32,000 nt of DNA, taken from positions 1-32,000 of the forward strand of contig NZ_LT963432.1 of NCBI RefSeq assembly GCF_900199515.1, in the 5' to 3' direction. The position numbers and the translations under genes were made by a program. The notes under the pieces were generated by a model. It was not told the origin of the DNA, ran no database searches, and worked only from the letters and a program-made list of their open reading frames with translations. The DNA comes from Massilicoli timonensis. GTDB taxonomy: Bacteria > Bacillota_I > Bacilli_A > Erysipelotrichales > Erysipelotrichaceae. Below are positions 23,836-32,000 of the stretch, piece by piece (within the stretch, counting starts at the first letter, position 1; the number at the start of each line of letters is the position of its first letter).

Positions 23836-25506
23836 CTAGTAGTAAAACAGCGTGATGACACTGCTTTCATCCTGTGTATAAAGCGTACCGATCGCCGGAT
23901 CGCTTTCTACTACAACACCCGTTTCGATCGCTGCTAATTCCTCTTCACTGAGCTCCAATGTCGATTTACGCGAAGTAATGACCTTGGCGCCCTGTGCACG
24001 CAATTTTTCCGCCGCTTCTTCGATCGGCATTCCTTTCAAAGACGCATCAATGGTAAACTGTGGATAATCCGCCACCTCAAACGCCAAAGTGCCGCCCTTC
24101 TCCGGATCGATCCGATCGCCTTTTTCCCAGCCGCTCTGTTTCAATATTGTGCCCTTTGGTTTTGCGGAAGGCACTTGGTTGATAACGATCTTGACGCTTA
24201 CGCCCGCTTCTTCTAATTCCGCTTTTACCGCATCGATCGATTCCCCGGCATAATTCTTGGCAATATAATAAAGTCCTTTCGATACGACCAGATCCACGCT
24301 GGATCCTTTTTTGGCTTCTTTTTCGGCTGCGGGCGATGTTTCGATCACATAGCCCTTTTCAATATCCTCGCTTAATTCATAGTCGATCTTGCCGATGACA
24401 AAACCGGCTTTTTCCAAACGTGTGATCGCATCATCTTTCTGTTGATTGCTCACATCAACGACCGTGATCATCTTGGCCGGTAAGATCGAATCGAGAATGC
24501 CGCCGAAATACAGCACCGCCAAAAGGGCGATCGCGGATAAAAGAAATACCAGCACAGCGATGATCGTTTTCTTTTTATGGCCGTCATCCTCACTTTGTTC
24601 CACTTCCCGCACGCGTTCTTTTTCCGCATTCATGACCCGCGTCGGTTCGGTGCTTGGCTGATCGAAAGTCAGCTTTGCCACATTTTGATACTGCGGAAGC
24701 AGGCATTTCTCCAGATCTGCCAACATGCTTTTCGCACTTTTATAACGCATTGCTTTATTTTTGGCAGTCGCCTTGATAATAATATTTTCGATCGACTGCG
24801 GCAGTGTCGGATTAAATTCCTTGATGCTCGGCATTTCTTCATGCAGATGCTTCATCGCGATCTGCACCGGATTCTCTCCATGAAAAGGCACATCGCCGCA
24901 TAACAGTTCATAAAAGACGATTCCCAGCGCATAAATGTCGATCTGATTGGTCGCCGGTTCGCCGCGGGTCGTTTCCGGTGCAAGATAATGCGCACTGCCA
25001 AGTACCGAATCACTGGATGTCAGCTGTACCGCATCATTTGCCAAAGCGATGCCGAAGTCGGTGATCTTCACAGTTCCATCATCTTTTACCAATACATTTT
25101 GCGGTTTGATATCACGATGTATGATGTTGTTTTCATGCGCCGCGCTGATTGCGGAAACCAGCTGCTTCATGATTTCGACCGCTTCTTCTTTATGCAGTGC
25201 GCCTCTTTGTGAGATCAGCTGCTTCAAGGTCCTACCTCTCACATATTCCATGACGATGTAATGGCGCCCCTCGCTTTCTCCCACATCGTACACTTCTACG
25301 ACATTGGGATGGCTGAGTTTGCTGGCGGCACCGGCTTCCCGCTGAAAACGCAGCAGCGTGATCGGATCATTGGCCAGTTCGCCACGCAAGATCTTGATCG
25401 CCACTTCCCGGTTCAAGATCGTATCGATGCCCAAATAAACATCTGCCATGCCGCCTTCCCCAAGGGCGGATACGATCATATAACGCTGTGCCAACATTTT
25501 ATTCAT
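23836..25506 (-). CDS. prkC: Ser/Thr protein kinase with three extracellular PASTA repeats
   Basis: The Hanks kinase motifs are GEGGMADVY, HRDIKPQN, DFGIA and APE. A single TM helix is followed by three PASTA-like repeats. The ATG at 25506 overlaps the stp stop by 8 nt. The ORF-track start is 25548. Confidence 0.93.
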   Translation of the reverse strand: MNKMLAQRYMIVSALGEGGMADVYLGIDTILNREVAIKILRGELANDPITLLRFQREAGAASKLSHPNVVEVYDVGESEGRHYIVMEYVRGRTLKQLISQRGALHKEEAVEIMKQLVSAISAAHENNIIHRDIKPQNVLVKDDGTVKITDFGIALANDAVQLTSSDSVLGSAHYLAPETTRGEPATNQIDIYALGIVFYELLCGDVPFHGENPVQIAMKHLHEEMPSIKEFNPTLPQSIENIIIKATAKNKAMRYKSAKSMLADLEKCLLPQYQNVAKLTFDQPSTEPTRVMNAEKERVREVEQSEDDGHKKKTIIAVLVFLLSAIALLAVLYFGGILDSILPAKMITVVDVSNQQKDDAITRLEKAGFVIGKIDYELSEDIEKGYVIETSPAAEKEAKKGSSVDLVVSKGLYYIAKNYAGESIDAVKAELEEAGVSVKIVINQVPSAKPKGTILKQSGWEKGDRIDPEKGGTLAFEVADYPQFTIDASLKGMPIEEAAEKLRAQGAKVITSRKSTLELSEEELAAIETGVVVESDPAIGTLYTQDESSVITLFYY

Positions 25507-26242
25507 AAGGCACCTCTTTCTCCACCAATACGACGCTGCTGTTGTCATAACCGCCCGCCCGATTCGCCAAAGCGATCAGCCGCTCTACTTTTTCCTTCGT
25601 TCCCAAACGGCCATCTGCCACCACATCCTGCATGATCGCCAAAGGCACATAGTCATGCACACCATCACTGGTGATCATCAGTGCCCGATAAGCGGGATTG
25701 ATACGGTTCAGATCCATTTTCACATCGTCCCAGATCCCCAGCGCATTTGTAAGCATATTGCGTTTCGGATGCGTGAGTGCATCTTCCTCGCTGATCTCTC
25801 CGCGCTTGATCAAATCATTGACAAAGGAGTGATCCTCGCTTAGCAAGACCAGCTGATCATACAGACCATAGACCCGTGAATCACCCGCATTAAACAGATA
25901 AGCGGATTCCTTAGAGGTGATCAGCACCCCGGAGATCGTCGTTCCCATCCCTTTGTATTCATAGCTTCCGGAAGCGATCGCAAAGATCTCGTCATTGGCT
26001 GTCTGAATCTGCTTTTTCAGCCATTTTCTTACACTTTCATCATCATGCAGCGCATCGGCATGCTGAAACGCATGTTTGAAAATATCGACAGCGATCTTGC
26101 TGGCAACATCGCCCGCATTTTGTCCGCCGATCCCATCGCACACCAAACCTAAAAAATAATGCGCTTCATTATAGGCATAGTAAATGTGATCTTCATTTTG
26201 TTCCCGTTTTAATCCGATATCGCTTGCTCCATAAGCTTTCAT
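25499..26242 (-). CDS. prpC: PP2C-family Ser/Thr phosphatase
   Basis: Motifs are SDIGLKREQNEDH, CDGIGG and DGV, with a C-terminal GGYDNSSVVLV. The ATG at 26242 overlaps the rlmN TGA (ATGA), with an AAGGAG SD. Confidence 0.9.
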   Translation of the reverse strand: MKAYGASDIGLKREQNEDHIYYAYNEAHYFLGLVCDGIGGQNAGDVASKIAVDIFKHAFQHADALHDDESVRKWLKKQIQTANDEIFAIASGSYEYKGMGTTISGVLITSKESAYLFNAGDSRVYGLYDQLVLLSEDHSFVNDLIKRGEISEEDALTHPKRNMLTNALGIWDDVKMDLNRINPAYRALMITSDGVHDYVPLAIMQDVVADGRLGTKEKVERLIALANRAGGYDNSSVVLVEKEVPYE

Positions 26243-27288
26243 TGCTTCACTCCTTGTACTTTCATATGTTTTGCCCGCAGCTGTCCGCATGCCGCATCAA
26301 TATCGCCGCCATGCTCTTTGCGGATGGTACAGCGCACGCCCATTTTCATCAAAGCGTCGTAAAAGCGCATCGCTTCATTGCGGCTCACTCCCTGATAGCC
26401 ATGCTCATCCACCGCATTGTAAGGAATCAGATTGACATAGGCATGGACGCCCTTTAACAGTTCTGCCAGCTGTTTGGCATGCTGAGGCTGATCATTGACC
26501 CCCTTTAATAAAATATACTCAAATGTCAGCCGCCGATTGTTTTCTTCCCCATAGCAGCGCACCGCTTTCATCAGTTCGTTCAAAGGATATGCCCGATTGA
26601 TCGGCATGAGCGTATCTCTCAGTGCATCGTTTGGCGCATGCAGAGAGATCGCCAGATTATACTGTGTATGCGCTTTGGCAAAGGCATAGATCTTCGGCAC
26701 GACGCCGCATGTGGAAATCGTAATGTGTCTTGCACCGATCGCCAGTCCCCGATCATCATTGACCGTTGCCAAGAAATTCATGACGTTATCATAGTTGTCA
26801 AAGGGTTCCCCGGTCCCCATGACGACGATATGCGAGAGCCGTTCCTGCAGCGCATCGAGATCTTGCTGCACATACATGACCTGTGCCACCATTTCCCCGC
26901 TGCTGAGATCCCGCTTTTTCTTTAACAGGCCGCTGGCGCAAAAGGCACAGCCCATATTGCAGCCGACCTGTGAAGTAACACAAATGCTGCGGCCGTAATC
27001 ATACAGCATCAAAACGCTTTCCACTAACGATCCATCGGCCAGCTCGAACAAATATTTCGTCGTGCCGTCTTTCGACACTTGCTTGTCTTTTAAGGTCAGC
27101 GGCGATAAACAAAACCGTTCTTTCAAAAAGGTGCGGATCTCTTTTTTCTGATCGCTCATCTCGTCGATGTCTTTGATCCGTTTGCGGTACATCCACTGAA
27201 ACAGCTGATGTCCGCGATATTTCTTCCAGCCCTGTGCAAGGGCATATTCGCCTAACTGTTCATAATTAAAGTCATATAAACTTTGCAT
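26239..27288 (-). CDS. rlmN: 23S rRNA/tRNA (adenine-C2)-methyltransferase RlmN (radical SAM)
   Basis: It carries CNMGCAFCASG and the C-terminal catalytic Cys context DIDAACGQL. The ATG at 27288 has AAAGGTGA upstream. The ORF-track start is 27321. Confidence 0.93.
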   Translation of the reverse strand: MQSLYDFNYEQLGEYALAQGWKKYRGHQLFQWMYRKRIKDIDEMSDQKKEIRTFLKERFCLSPLTLKDKQVSKDGTTKYLFELADGSLVESVLMLYDYGRSICVTSQVGCNMGCAFCASGLLKKKRDLSSGEMVAQVMYVQQDLDALQERLSHIVVMGTGEPFDNYDNVMNFLATVNDDRGLAIGARHITISTCGVVPKIYAFAKAHTQYNLAISLHAPNDALRDTLMPINRAYPLNELMKAVRCYGEENNRRLTFEYILLKGVNDQPQHAKQLAELLKGVHAYVNLIPYNAVDEHGYQGVSRNEAMRFYDALMKMGVRCTIRKEHGGDIDAACGQLRAKHMKVQGVKQ

Positions 27289-27304
27289 AGCATCACCTTT
27301 AGAT

Positions 27305-27313
27305 ATTTTACCA
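27305..27313 (-). promoter_or_regulatory. candidate extended -10 (TGgTAAAAT) upstream of rlmN
   Basis: The minus strand reads GTTGTGGTAAAAT, 17 nt upstream of the ATG at 27288. Confidence 0.35.
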
Positions 27314-27344
27314 CAACTCACACAAAATAGGGATAGCGAAGCCG

Positions 27345-27383
27345 TAAAAATAAAAAAGTCCTGCTTTTGCGCCCACAGAACTT
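27345..27383 (-). terminator. intrinsic terminator/attenuator between rsmB and rlmN
   Basis: The minus strand reads AAGTTCTG-(12-nt loop)-CAGGACTT (8 bp, one G-U pair) followed by TTTTTTATTTTT. Confidence 0.55.
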
Positions 27384-27402
27384 TTTCGGATCGAGGTAAT
27401 AC

Positions 27403-28644
27403 TTATGCGATGCGGCACAGCTTTGCCATATAAAAACCGTCGCTGTTATAGATAAAAGGAAAGATCGTCTGCTCTTTTTCTAATTGAAACTGCGGATGAC
27501 GGCTTAAAAAAGCCGCGATCTGCTTCTCGTTTTCTTTCTTATTGAGCGTGCAGGTCGAATACACCAAGACGCCATGCACCTTTACTAACGGCCAGACGCT
27601 TTCCAGTATCGCTTCCTGTGTCTTGATGATCGCGTCCATATCGCTGCTTTGCATATGATATTTAATATCGCTTTTCCCCTGCAAAACACCATAACCGCTG
27701 CATGGCACATCACATAAGATGCGGTCAAACGATGTATGAGAAAAGTACGTCTGTGCTTGTAAGGCATCTAAGACCTTGGTTTCAATGATAGAAACATGCA
27801 GGCGTTTTGCTCCTTCCTCAATGAGCTTTACCCGATGCGCATGCAGATCGCAGGCGATGATCTTGCCTTTATTTTCCATAAGCGCCGCCATATGACAGGC
27901 TTTCCCGCCCGGCGCGCTGCACACATCCAAAATGGTTTCATGTGGTTTGGGATCAAGGTAGCCGGCGACCATCTGACTGGAAAGATCGCCGATCGCAAAG
28001 CCGCCGTTTCTAAAGCATGGTTCCTGCAACAACTGCTTGCCTAAATATGCATAAGCCTGTGGCAACGGTGCTTTTTCCAGTCGTCCGGGCATTGCCGCTT
28101 CCAGTTCTTCTAAGCTGTTGACCAAGGTATTGCAGCGGATCCAGGTCTTGCCTTCAGCAATATCATGATAAGCGATCTGTTTCATGATTTCCGCTCCATA
28201 CTGGGCTTTCCACATCGCCAACAGCCAGTCGGGATGGGAGGTTTCGATCGCCAAACGCGCCGTTTCTTCTTGCGGCAGTGCGCGCGGGGATAGCTCTACC
28301 TGATGCAGCAGCGCATTGACAAGCTTCGCATAGCGCCCCTGATACACCTGTTTAGCAAGATCGACCGCTTCATGGATGATCGCATAAGTCGGCGTATGCA
28401 AAAACATCAGCTGGTACACGCTCATATCCAACAGCACCGCGATCTTGCTCTTTGGTTTGCTTTTTACCAAGCCTTCCCATAAATAACGAACATAGCGATA
28501 ATGCTGTAACGTGCCATAGACCACCTGCGTCACAAACGCCATATCCGCTCCCTGTAACTTCACTTTGCGCAAAGCGAGATTCGCATACTCCTTTTCCAGA
28601 CAAACCTGATTCAATACCTGCCAAGCAATTTCTCTAACGTCCAT
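27403..28644 (-). CDS. rsmB: 16S rRNA (cytosine967-C5)-methyltransferase
   Basis: A NusB-like N-domain is followed by the SAM motif DVCSAPGGK, the catalytic Cys motifs DVPCSG and YSTCT. The ATG at 28644 overlaps the end of the PAP2 gene by 11 nt. Confidence 0.9.
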   Translation of the reverse strand: MDVREIAWQVLNQVCLEKEYANLALRKVKLQGADMAFVTQVVYGTLQHYRYVRYLWEGLVKSKPKSKIAVLLDMSVYQLMFLHTPTYAIIHEAVDLAKQVYQGRYAKLVNALLHQVELSPRALPQEETARLAIETSHPDWLLAMWKAQYGAEIMKQIAYHDIAEGKTWIRCNTLVNSLEELEAAMPGRLEKAPLPQAYAYLGKQLLQEPCFRNGGFAIGDLSSQMVAGYLDPKPHETILDVCSAPGGKACHMAALMENKGKIIACDLHAHRVKLIEEGAKRLHVSIIETKVLDALQAQTYFSHTSFDRILCDVPCSGYGVLQGKSDIKYHMQSSDMDAIIKTQEAILESVWPLVKVHGVLVYSTCTLNKKENEKQIAAFLSRHPQFQLEKEQTIFPFIYNSDGFYMAKLCRIA

Positions 28645-29431
28645 GCTTCCACCTGCCTTCCCATATACCGTATTTGCGCTTTTCCTTTCGCTCCAGCCAT
28701 ACATAGACGCTGAAACTGATCAAAAAAGCAACGCATACATCACTTAAATAATGCGCGCCCATGATGATCCTGCTAAGTCCCATCAAAGCGATCGCCCCAA
28801 ACACCGTTATCGCCTTGCCGATCGAAATGCGGCGCTTTTTCCATACATCTTTGATGAAGCATGCCAGCAGCGAGGATGTGAGCGCGGTATGGGCGCTGGG
28901 AAAGGACGCATACGCCGTTCCCGCAAGCTGCGGCAGCCACCAGCATTGAAAAGGATGCTGCGCATCGATCTGACGAAACCGCACCCGCTGCCAGCCAAGC
29001 TTTATGAGCAGCACGATCCCATAGCTAACCAACATCAGCTTCGCATAAAAAAGGATCCATTTACACCACGCTTCACACTTTGCTTGGCTCATTCGATGCG
29101 CACTGTATAAAGCGAAAAACACCAGTACGCCATAGAAAGCAATCCCTAACAGCCATGACCTAAGACCATAAATGCCAAAAAAGGACTGCACACAAAGCGC
29201 GCCGAAGCCAAAGACCCCAAGCAGGAAGAAACGATGCCTGCCCTTAGCCAGTACCGCCATCATAAACGCATAGCAGCCATAGGCGACCACCGACGCATAA
29301 TGCTCAAGGACCCATGCGAATAGACAGTTTGGTGCATAAAGCCGCTCAGAAAGAAACAAATCATAGACGCTGGCCAGTGCAAGCAGAGCAAGCGCAGCTC
29401 CATAAGCCGCAAAAATTCCTTTTCTCTTCAT
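28634..29431 (-). CDS. PAP2-family membrane phosphatase
   Basis: It is polytopic (about 7-8 TM segments) and carries the PAP2 motifs FPSAHT and SRIIMGAHYLSDV. The ATG directly abuts the priA stop (TAAATG), and a GGTGGGA SD lies inside the priA 3' end. Confidence 0.8.
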   Translation of the reverse strand: MKRKGIFAAYGAALALLALASVYDLFLSERLYAPNCLFAWVLEHYASVVAYGCYAFMMAVLAKGRHRFFLLGVFGFGALCVQSFFGIYGLRSWLLGIAFYGVLVFFALYSAHRMSQAKCEAWCKWILFYAKLMLVSYGIVLLIKLGWQRVRFRQIDAQHPFQCWWLPQLAGTAYASFPSAHTALTSSLLACFIKDVWKKRRISIGKAITVFGAIALMGLSRIIMGAHYLSDVCVAFLISFSVYVWLERKEKRKYGIWEGRWKHGR

Positions 29432-31606
29432 TTACGATCCCACCGTTTCACTGTCTAATTCGATCTTTGTACGCATCTTTGCGGAAGCATGATACGCATA
29501 CATCTCATGCAACAGCTGAATCATGCGATCCTGATCCTTGCTCTTCATCAAGATCCGAAAACGAAAACGATCCATCCGTTTTCCCAATTCGCTCACTCCT
29601 AAAAACAAAATATCCTTTCGGCCCTGAAACTGTGCCAGCAGCCGTTCACTCTCCTCACGCGCCACATCGCTTTGGGCATGATGCAGCACCACGCTGCTCA
29701 AATAGCGATAAGGCGGATAACCGGCTAAATGACGATAGCGCATCTCATGATAGAAAAACTGTTCATAATCCTGCAGCATCGCACAGCGCACCGCATAATG
29801 CTCCGTATCAAACACCTGCATCATCACCCGACCCGCCTTGGCCCCGCGGCCGCTGCGACCACATGCCTGATAAAGCAGATCAAAGGTTTCCTCCACACAG
29901 GCATAATCGCTTCTTGCCAAGCCCGCATCCGCATTCAGGATGCCGACCAGCGTTACATTTTCAAAATCCAGTCCCTTGGCGATCATCTGCGTGCCTAATA
30001 AAATATCGTATTCCTGATTTTCAAACTGTTCCAACAAACGCTCATGCGCGTCTTTTTGCGTGGTCGTATCTCGATCCATCCGCAGCACGCGAATGCCCGG
30101 CAGTAAAGATAACAGCGCTTCTTCCATGCGCTGGGTGCCATAGCCGATGTATTCAAAGCTCTGTGTCGCATGACAGTTTGGGCAAGCTGTCGGCACAGCC
30201 GTCATCGTATCGCAAATATGGCATTTTAAGACCTGCTTTTGCTTATGATACGCCATCGCACTGTCACAGTGCGGACAATGCAGGACTTCTCCGCACTCCC
30301 CACAGCGCAAGATCGGGGTATGCCCGCGCCGATTCAGAAGCAAAATGACCTGTTCCTTGCGCATGACACACTGTTCGATCGCTTCTTTCAGCGCCGGTGC
30401 GATCAAATGATGGGCGCCCTTTCGCATACTGCCTTTCATATCGACCAGATCGATCTTTGGCATTTGCTTGTTGATCCGCTCTTTTAAGCTTACCAAGCCA
30501 TACACCTGCTTATAAGCACGCGCATACGATTCCAAAGAAGGCGTCGCACTGCCCAAAAGCACTTTGCAGTGATGATAGCGCCCACGCCACAGCGCCACAT
30601 CCCGACAATGGTAACGCGGCGATTGATCTTGCTTATAACTATTATCATGTTCTTCATCCATAACGATCAATCCCAGCTTCGCAAACGGCATGAAAACCGC
30701 GCTTCTGGTACCGACCACGATATGTACGCGGCCCTTTGCCACCAGCTGATACTGTTCATATTTCTGCTGAGGAGACAGCCCTGAATGATAGATCGCCACA
30801 TCCGCACCAAAACGCATCGTGACCCGCTTGACCATCTGCGGAGTCAAAGCGATCTCCGGTACCAGCAATAAAACCGTTTCCCCCGCTTCTACCACTTCCT
30901 GTGCCAACTGCAGATACAGTTCCGTCTTGCCGCTGCCCGTCATGCCGTGCAGCAAGACCACATCCTGCTTCGCCGCTTTGATTTCCGCAAACGCCTTTTC
31001 CTGCGCAGCGCTCAGCTTTTTTTTGACATCCAGCCGTTCTCCCTGCAGCAGCGCTTCCTTTTCACACAGCAGCTCCCGAAAGCAGCCTTCCTTGATCAGT
31101 CTGGTGCCCACACTTTTATATAACATCAAAAATTCCCGCTTTGAGATCGACTGCAATACTTTCATCTCATCCAGCACTTCCAGCTGCCGTTTGGTCGGAT
31201 TGCGCTTGTGCATCACGTATTCGATCCATGTTTCAAATACGACCTTGTCCTTATGCGAACGCGGCTTGATCTTACTTGGCAGCATCGCCTGAAAACAGGA
31301 AATCATCGGTGCGACATAGTGATAAGACATCTGCTTTGCCAAAGCGAACAATTCCTCGTTAATAAGCGGTTTCTCATCCAGCACTTCATAGACCGCCTTT
31401 AGCTGATAGCGCCCTTCATAGCGTTCCACTTCTTCCACGTGATCGACAAAACCGACGCTCAAACGATTCCCAAAAGGCACCTTGACCCGCATCCCTCTTT
31501 CCACCGGCAGATCTTGGCAGTCATAAGTAAAGGTATGATTTAAGGATAACGTCTGATATTCCAGATAGACATGTGCCAGTTTCATCTCTTCACGCTCGCT
31601 TTCCAT
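29432..31606 (-). CDS. priA: primosomal replication-restart helicase PriA
   Basis: It has Walker A GMTGSGKTE, DEEHD, and the Cys-rich zinc insert CGECGEVLHCPHCDSAMAYH...CHICD...CPNC. An alternative start at ATG 31585 (MKLAHVY...) matches the Bacillus PriA N-terminus I recall. Confidence 0.92.
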   Translation of the reverse strand: MESEREEMKLAHVYLEYQTLSLNHTFTYDCQDLPVERGMRVKVPFGNRLSVGFVDHVEEVERYEGRYQLKAVYEVLDEKPLINEELFALAKQMSYHYVAPMISCFQAMLPSKIKPRSHKDKVVFETWIEYVMHKRNPTKRQLEVLDEMKVLQSISKREFLMLYKSVGTRLIKEGCFRELLCEKEALLQGERLDVKKKLSAAQEKAFAEIKAAKQDVVLLHGMTGSGKTELYLQLAQEVVEAGETVLLLVPEIALTPQMVKRVTMRFGADVAIYHSGLSPQQKYEQYQLVAKGRVHIVVGTRSAVFMPFAKLGLIVMDEEHDNSYKQDQSPRYHCRDVALWRGRYHHCKVLLGSATPSLESYARAYKQVYGLVSLKERINKQMPKIDLVDMKGSMRKGAHHLIAPALKEAIEQCVMRKEQVILLLNRRGHTPILRCGECGEVLHCPHCDSAMAYHKQKQVLKCHICDTMTAVPTACPNCHATQSFEYIGYGTQRMEEALLSLLPGIRVLRMDRDTTTQKDAHERLLEQFENQEYDILLGTQMIAKGLDFENVTLVGILNADAGLARSDYACVEETFDLLYQACGRSGRGAKAGRVMMQVFDTEHYAVRCAMLQDYEQFFYHEMRYRHLAGYPPYRYLSSVVLHHAQSDVAREESERLLAQFQGRKDILFLGVSELGKRMDRFRFRILMKSKDQDRMIQLLHEMYAYHASAKMRTKIELDSETVGS

Positions 31607-31611
31607 CGCTT

Positions 31612-31640
31612 ATTATACTAAAATTCCCGGCGCAAGTAAA
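31612..31640 (-). promoter_or_regulatory. promoter of priA operon
   Basis: The minus strand reads TTTACT (31635-31640), 17 nt, then TATAAT (31612-31617). The -10 ends only 5 nt before the ATG at 31606. Confidence 0.5.
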
Positions 31641-31676
31641 CCAAACGAAAACCGCTCTACATCAAACACTTTCAAA

Positions 31677-31711
31677 TAATTTGCACATTTCTTTCAAAAA
31701 AAGATGCAAAT
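31677..31711. promoter_or_regulatory. 8-bp inverted repeat AATTTGCA-N19-TGCAAATT in divergent intergenic region
   Basis: The perfect arms are at 31677-31684 and 31704-31711. They lie between the priA promoter and the rightward HipA-like gene, so this is a candidate operator. Confidence 0.35.
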
Positions 31712-31823
31712 TTTACATTTTTCCTTGATTGCCCGCTCATTTTTGTGTATCCTATATAGTATATTGGTAGAAAGCCAATCGACAGACAGTCAATCGTTTT
31801 TATGATAACAGGAGGAATGAGTT

Positions 31824-32000
31824 ATGGATTTTACAAAATGTCAAAGCGTATGGAAAGCGTACGGCGGCTCACTGCCGAAAAATGCAATTATCTATAACGA
31901 TACATTGTATATGGTAAAAACGCCAAGGACTGTCTTCAACCGCTCTGCCAATCAGGATCAATACATCAATCAGATCTATGCCGAGCATCTGTGCTGCATG
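31824..32000 (+). CDS. HipA-like kinase family protein, N-terminal fragment (runs off window)
   Basis: AGGAGGAAT lies 7 nt before the ATG. My own translation is MDFTKCQSVWKAYGGSLPKNAIIYNDTLYMVKTPRTVFNRSANQDQYINQIYAEHLCCM. The pattern YGG..pK..I.y.d..ymvK.P....(E)+l resembles the Firmicute HipA-like N-termini I recall. It is open to the window end. Confidence 0.45.
   Translation, partial: MDFTKCQSVWKAYGGSLPKNAIIYNDTLYMVKTPRTVFNRSANQDQYINQIYAEHLCCM

Noticed and set aside
29314-30348. 344-aa plus-strand ORF antisense to priA
   Set aside because: The product is a P/S/H/A/R-rich low-complexity translation with no SD. It lies fully inside the well-supported priA frame. This is the typical antisense open frame created by the codon bias of the sense gene. 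Only Ribo-seq could revive it.
1-32000. CRISPR arrays, IS elements/transposases, integrases, prophage or known defence-system genes
   Set aside because: I looked for regularly spaced direct repeats, terminal inverted repeats, and DDE, tyrosine-recombinase or serine-recombinase motifs. None were seen. The only tandem repeat is the in-frame dockerin duplication.

Overview
This is a chromosomal window from a low-GC Gram-positive (Bacillota-type) genome. Supporting signals are GGAGG-type Shine-Dalgarno sites, TTGACA/TATAAT and TGnTATAAT promoters, stem-loop plus T-run terminators, and ComK, YneF and a PASTA kinase. I cannot place it more precisely without a database search.

I support 31 protein genes, 29 of them on the minus strand, and one tRNA-Leu(CAA). 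At the extreme left there appears to be the promoter and boxA-like leader of an rRNA operon that runs leftward out of the window.

Gene order, left to right (products named in the reading order of the minus strand where relevant):
- 0.7-12.3 kb: GT51 transglycosylase, YneF, a 124-aa hypothetical, an S9 peptidase, a degenerate asparagine-synthase homolog, RmuC, ComK, a leaderless-looking double PG-binding protein, a membrane protein, a radical-SAM/SPASM plus amidohydrolase pair, and an Fe-alcohol dehydrogenase.
- 12.4-17.9 kb: a Ca-type P-type ATPase, then ftsA-ftsZ with an unknown 149-aa gene coupled to ftsZ.
- 18-21.2 kb: an AT-rich two-gene surface operon, made of a GH73-SH3b-dockerin hydrolase and a membrane-anchored cadherin-like protein.
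- 21.4-31.6 kb: the conserved block priA-(PAP2)-rsmB-rlmN-stp-prkC-rsgA-rpe-thiN, convergent with rpmB.
- 31.8 kb to the end: the start of a HipA-like gene.

I see no CRISPR array, IS element, integrase, prophage or recognisable defence gene.

The candidates most likely to be undescribed biology are:
1. The dockerin-bearing peptidoglycan hydrolase and its co-transcribed membrane protein, a possible non-cellulosomal cohesin-dockerin anchoring pair.
2. The insulated radical-SAM/SPASM-amidohydrolase module.
3. The cysteine-rich protein coupled to ftsZ.
4. The asparagine-synthase homolog with a degenerate glutaminase domain, which lies next to an S9 peptidase.

All four are hypotheses from motif reading only. 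None is proven by the sequence alone.
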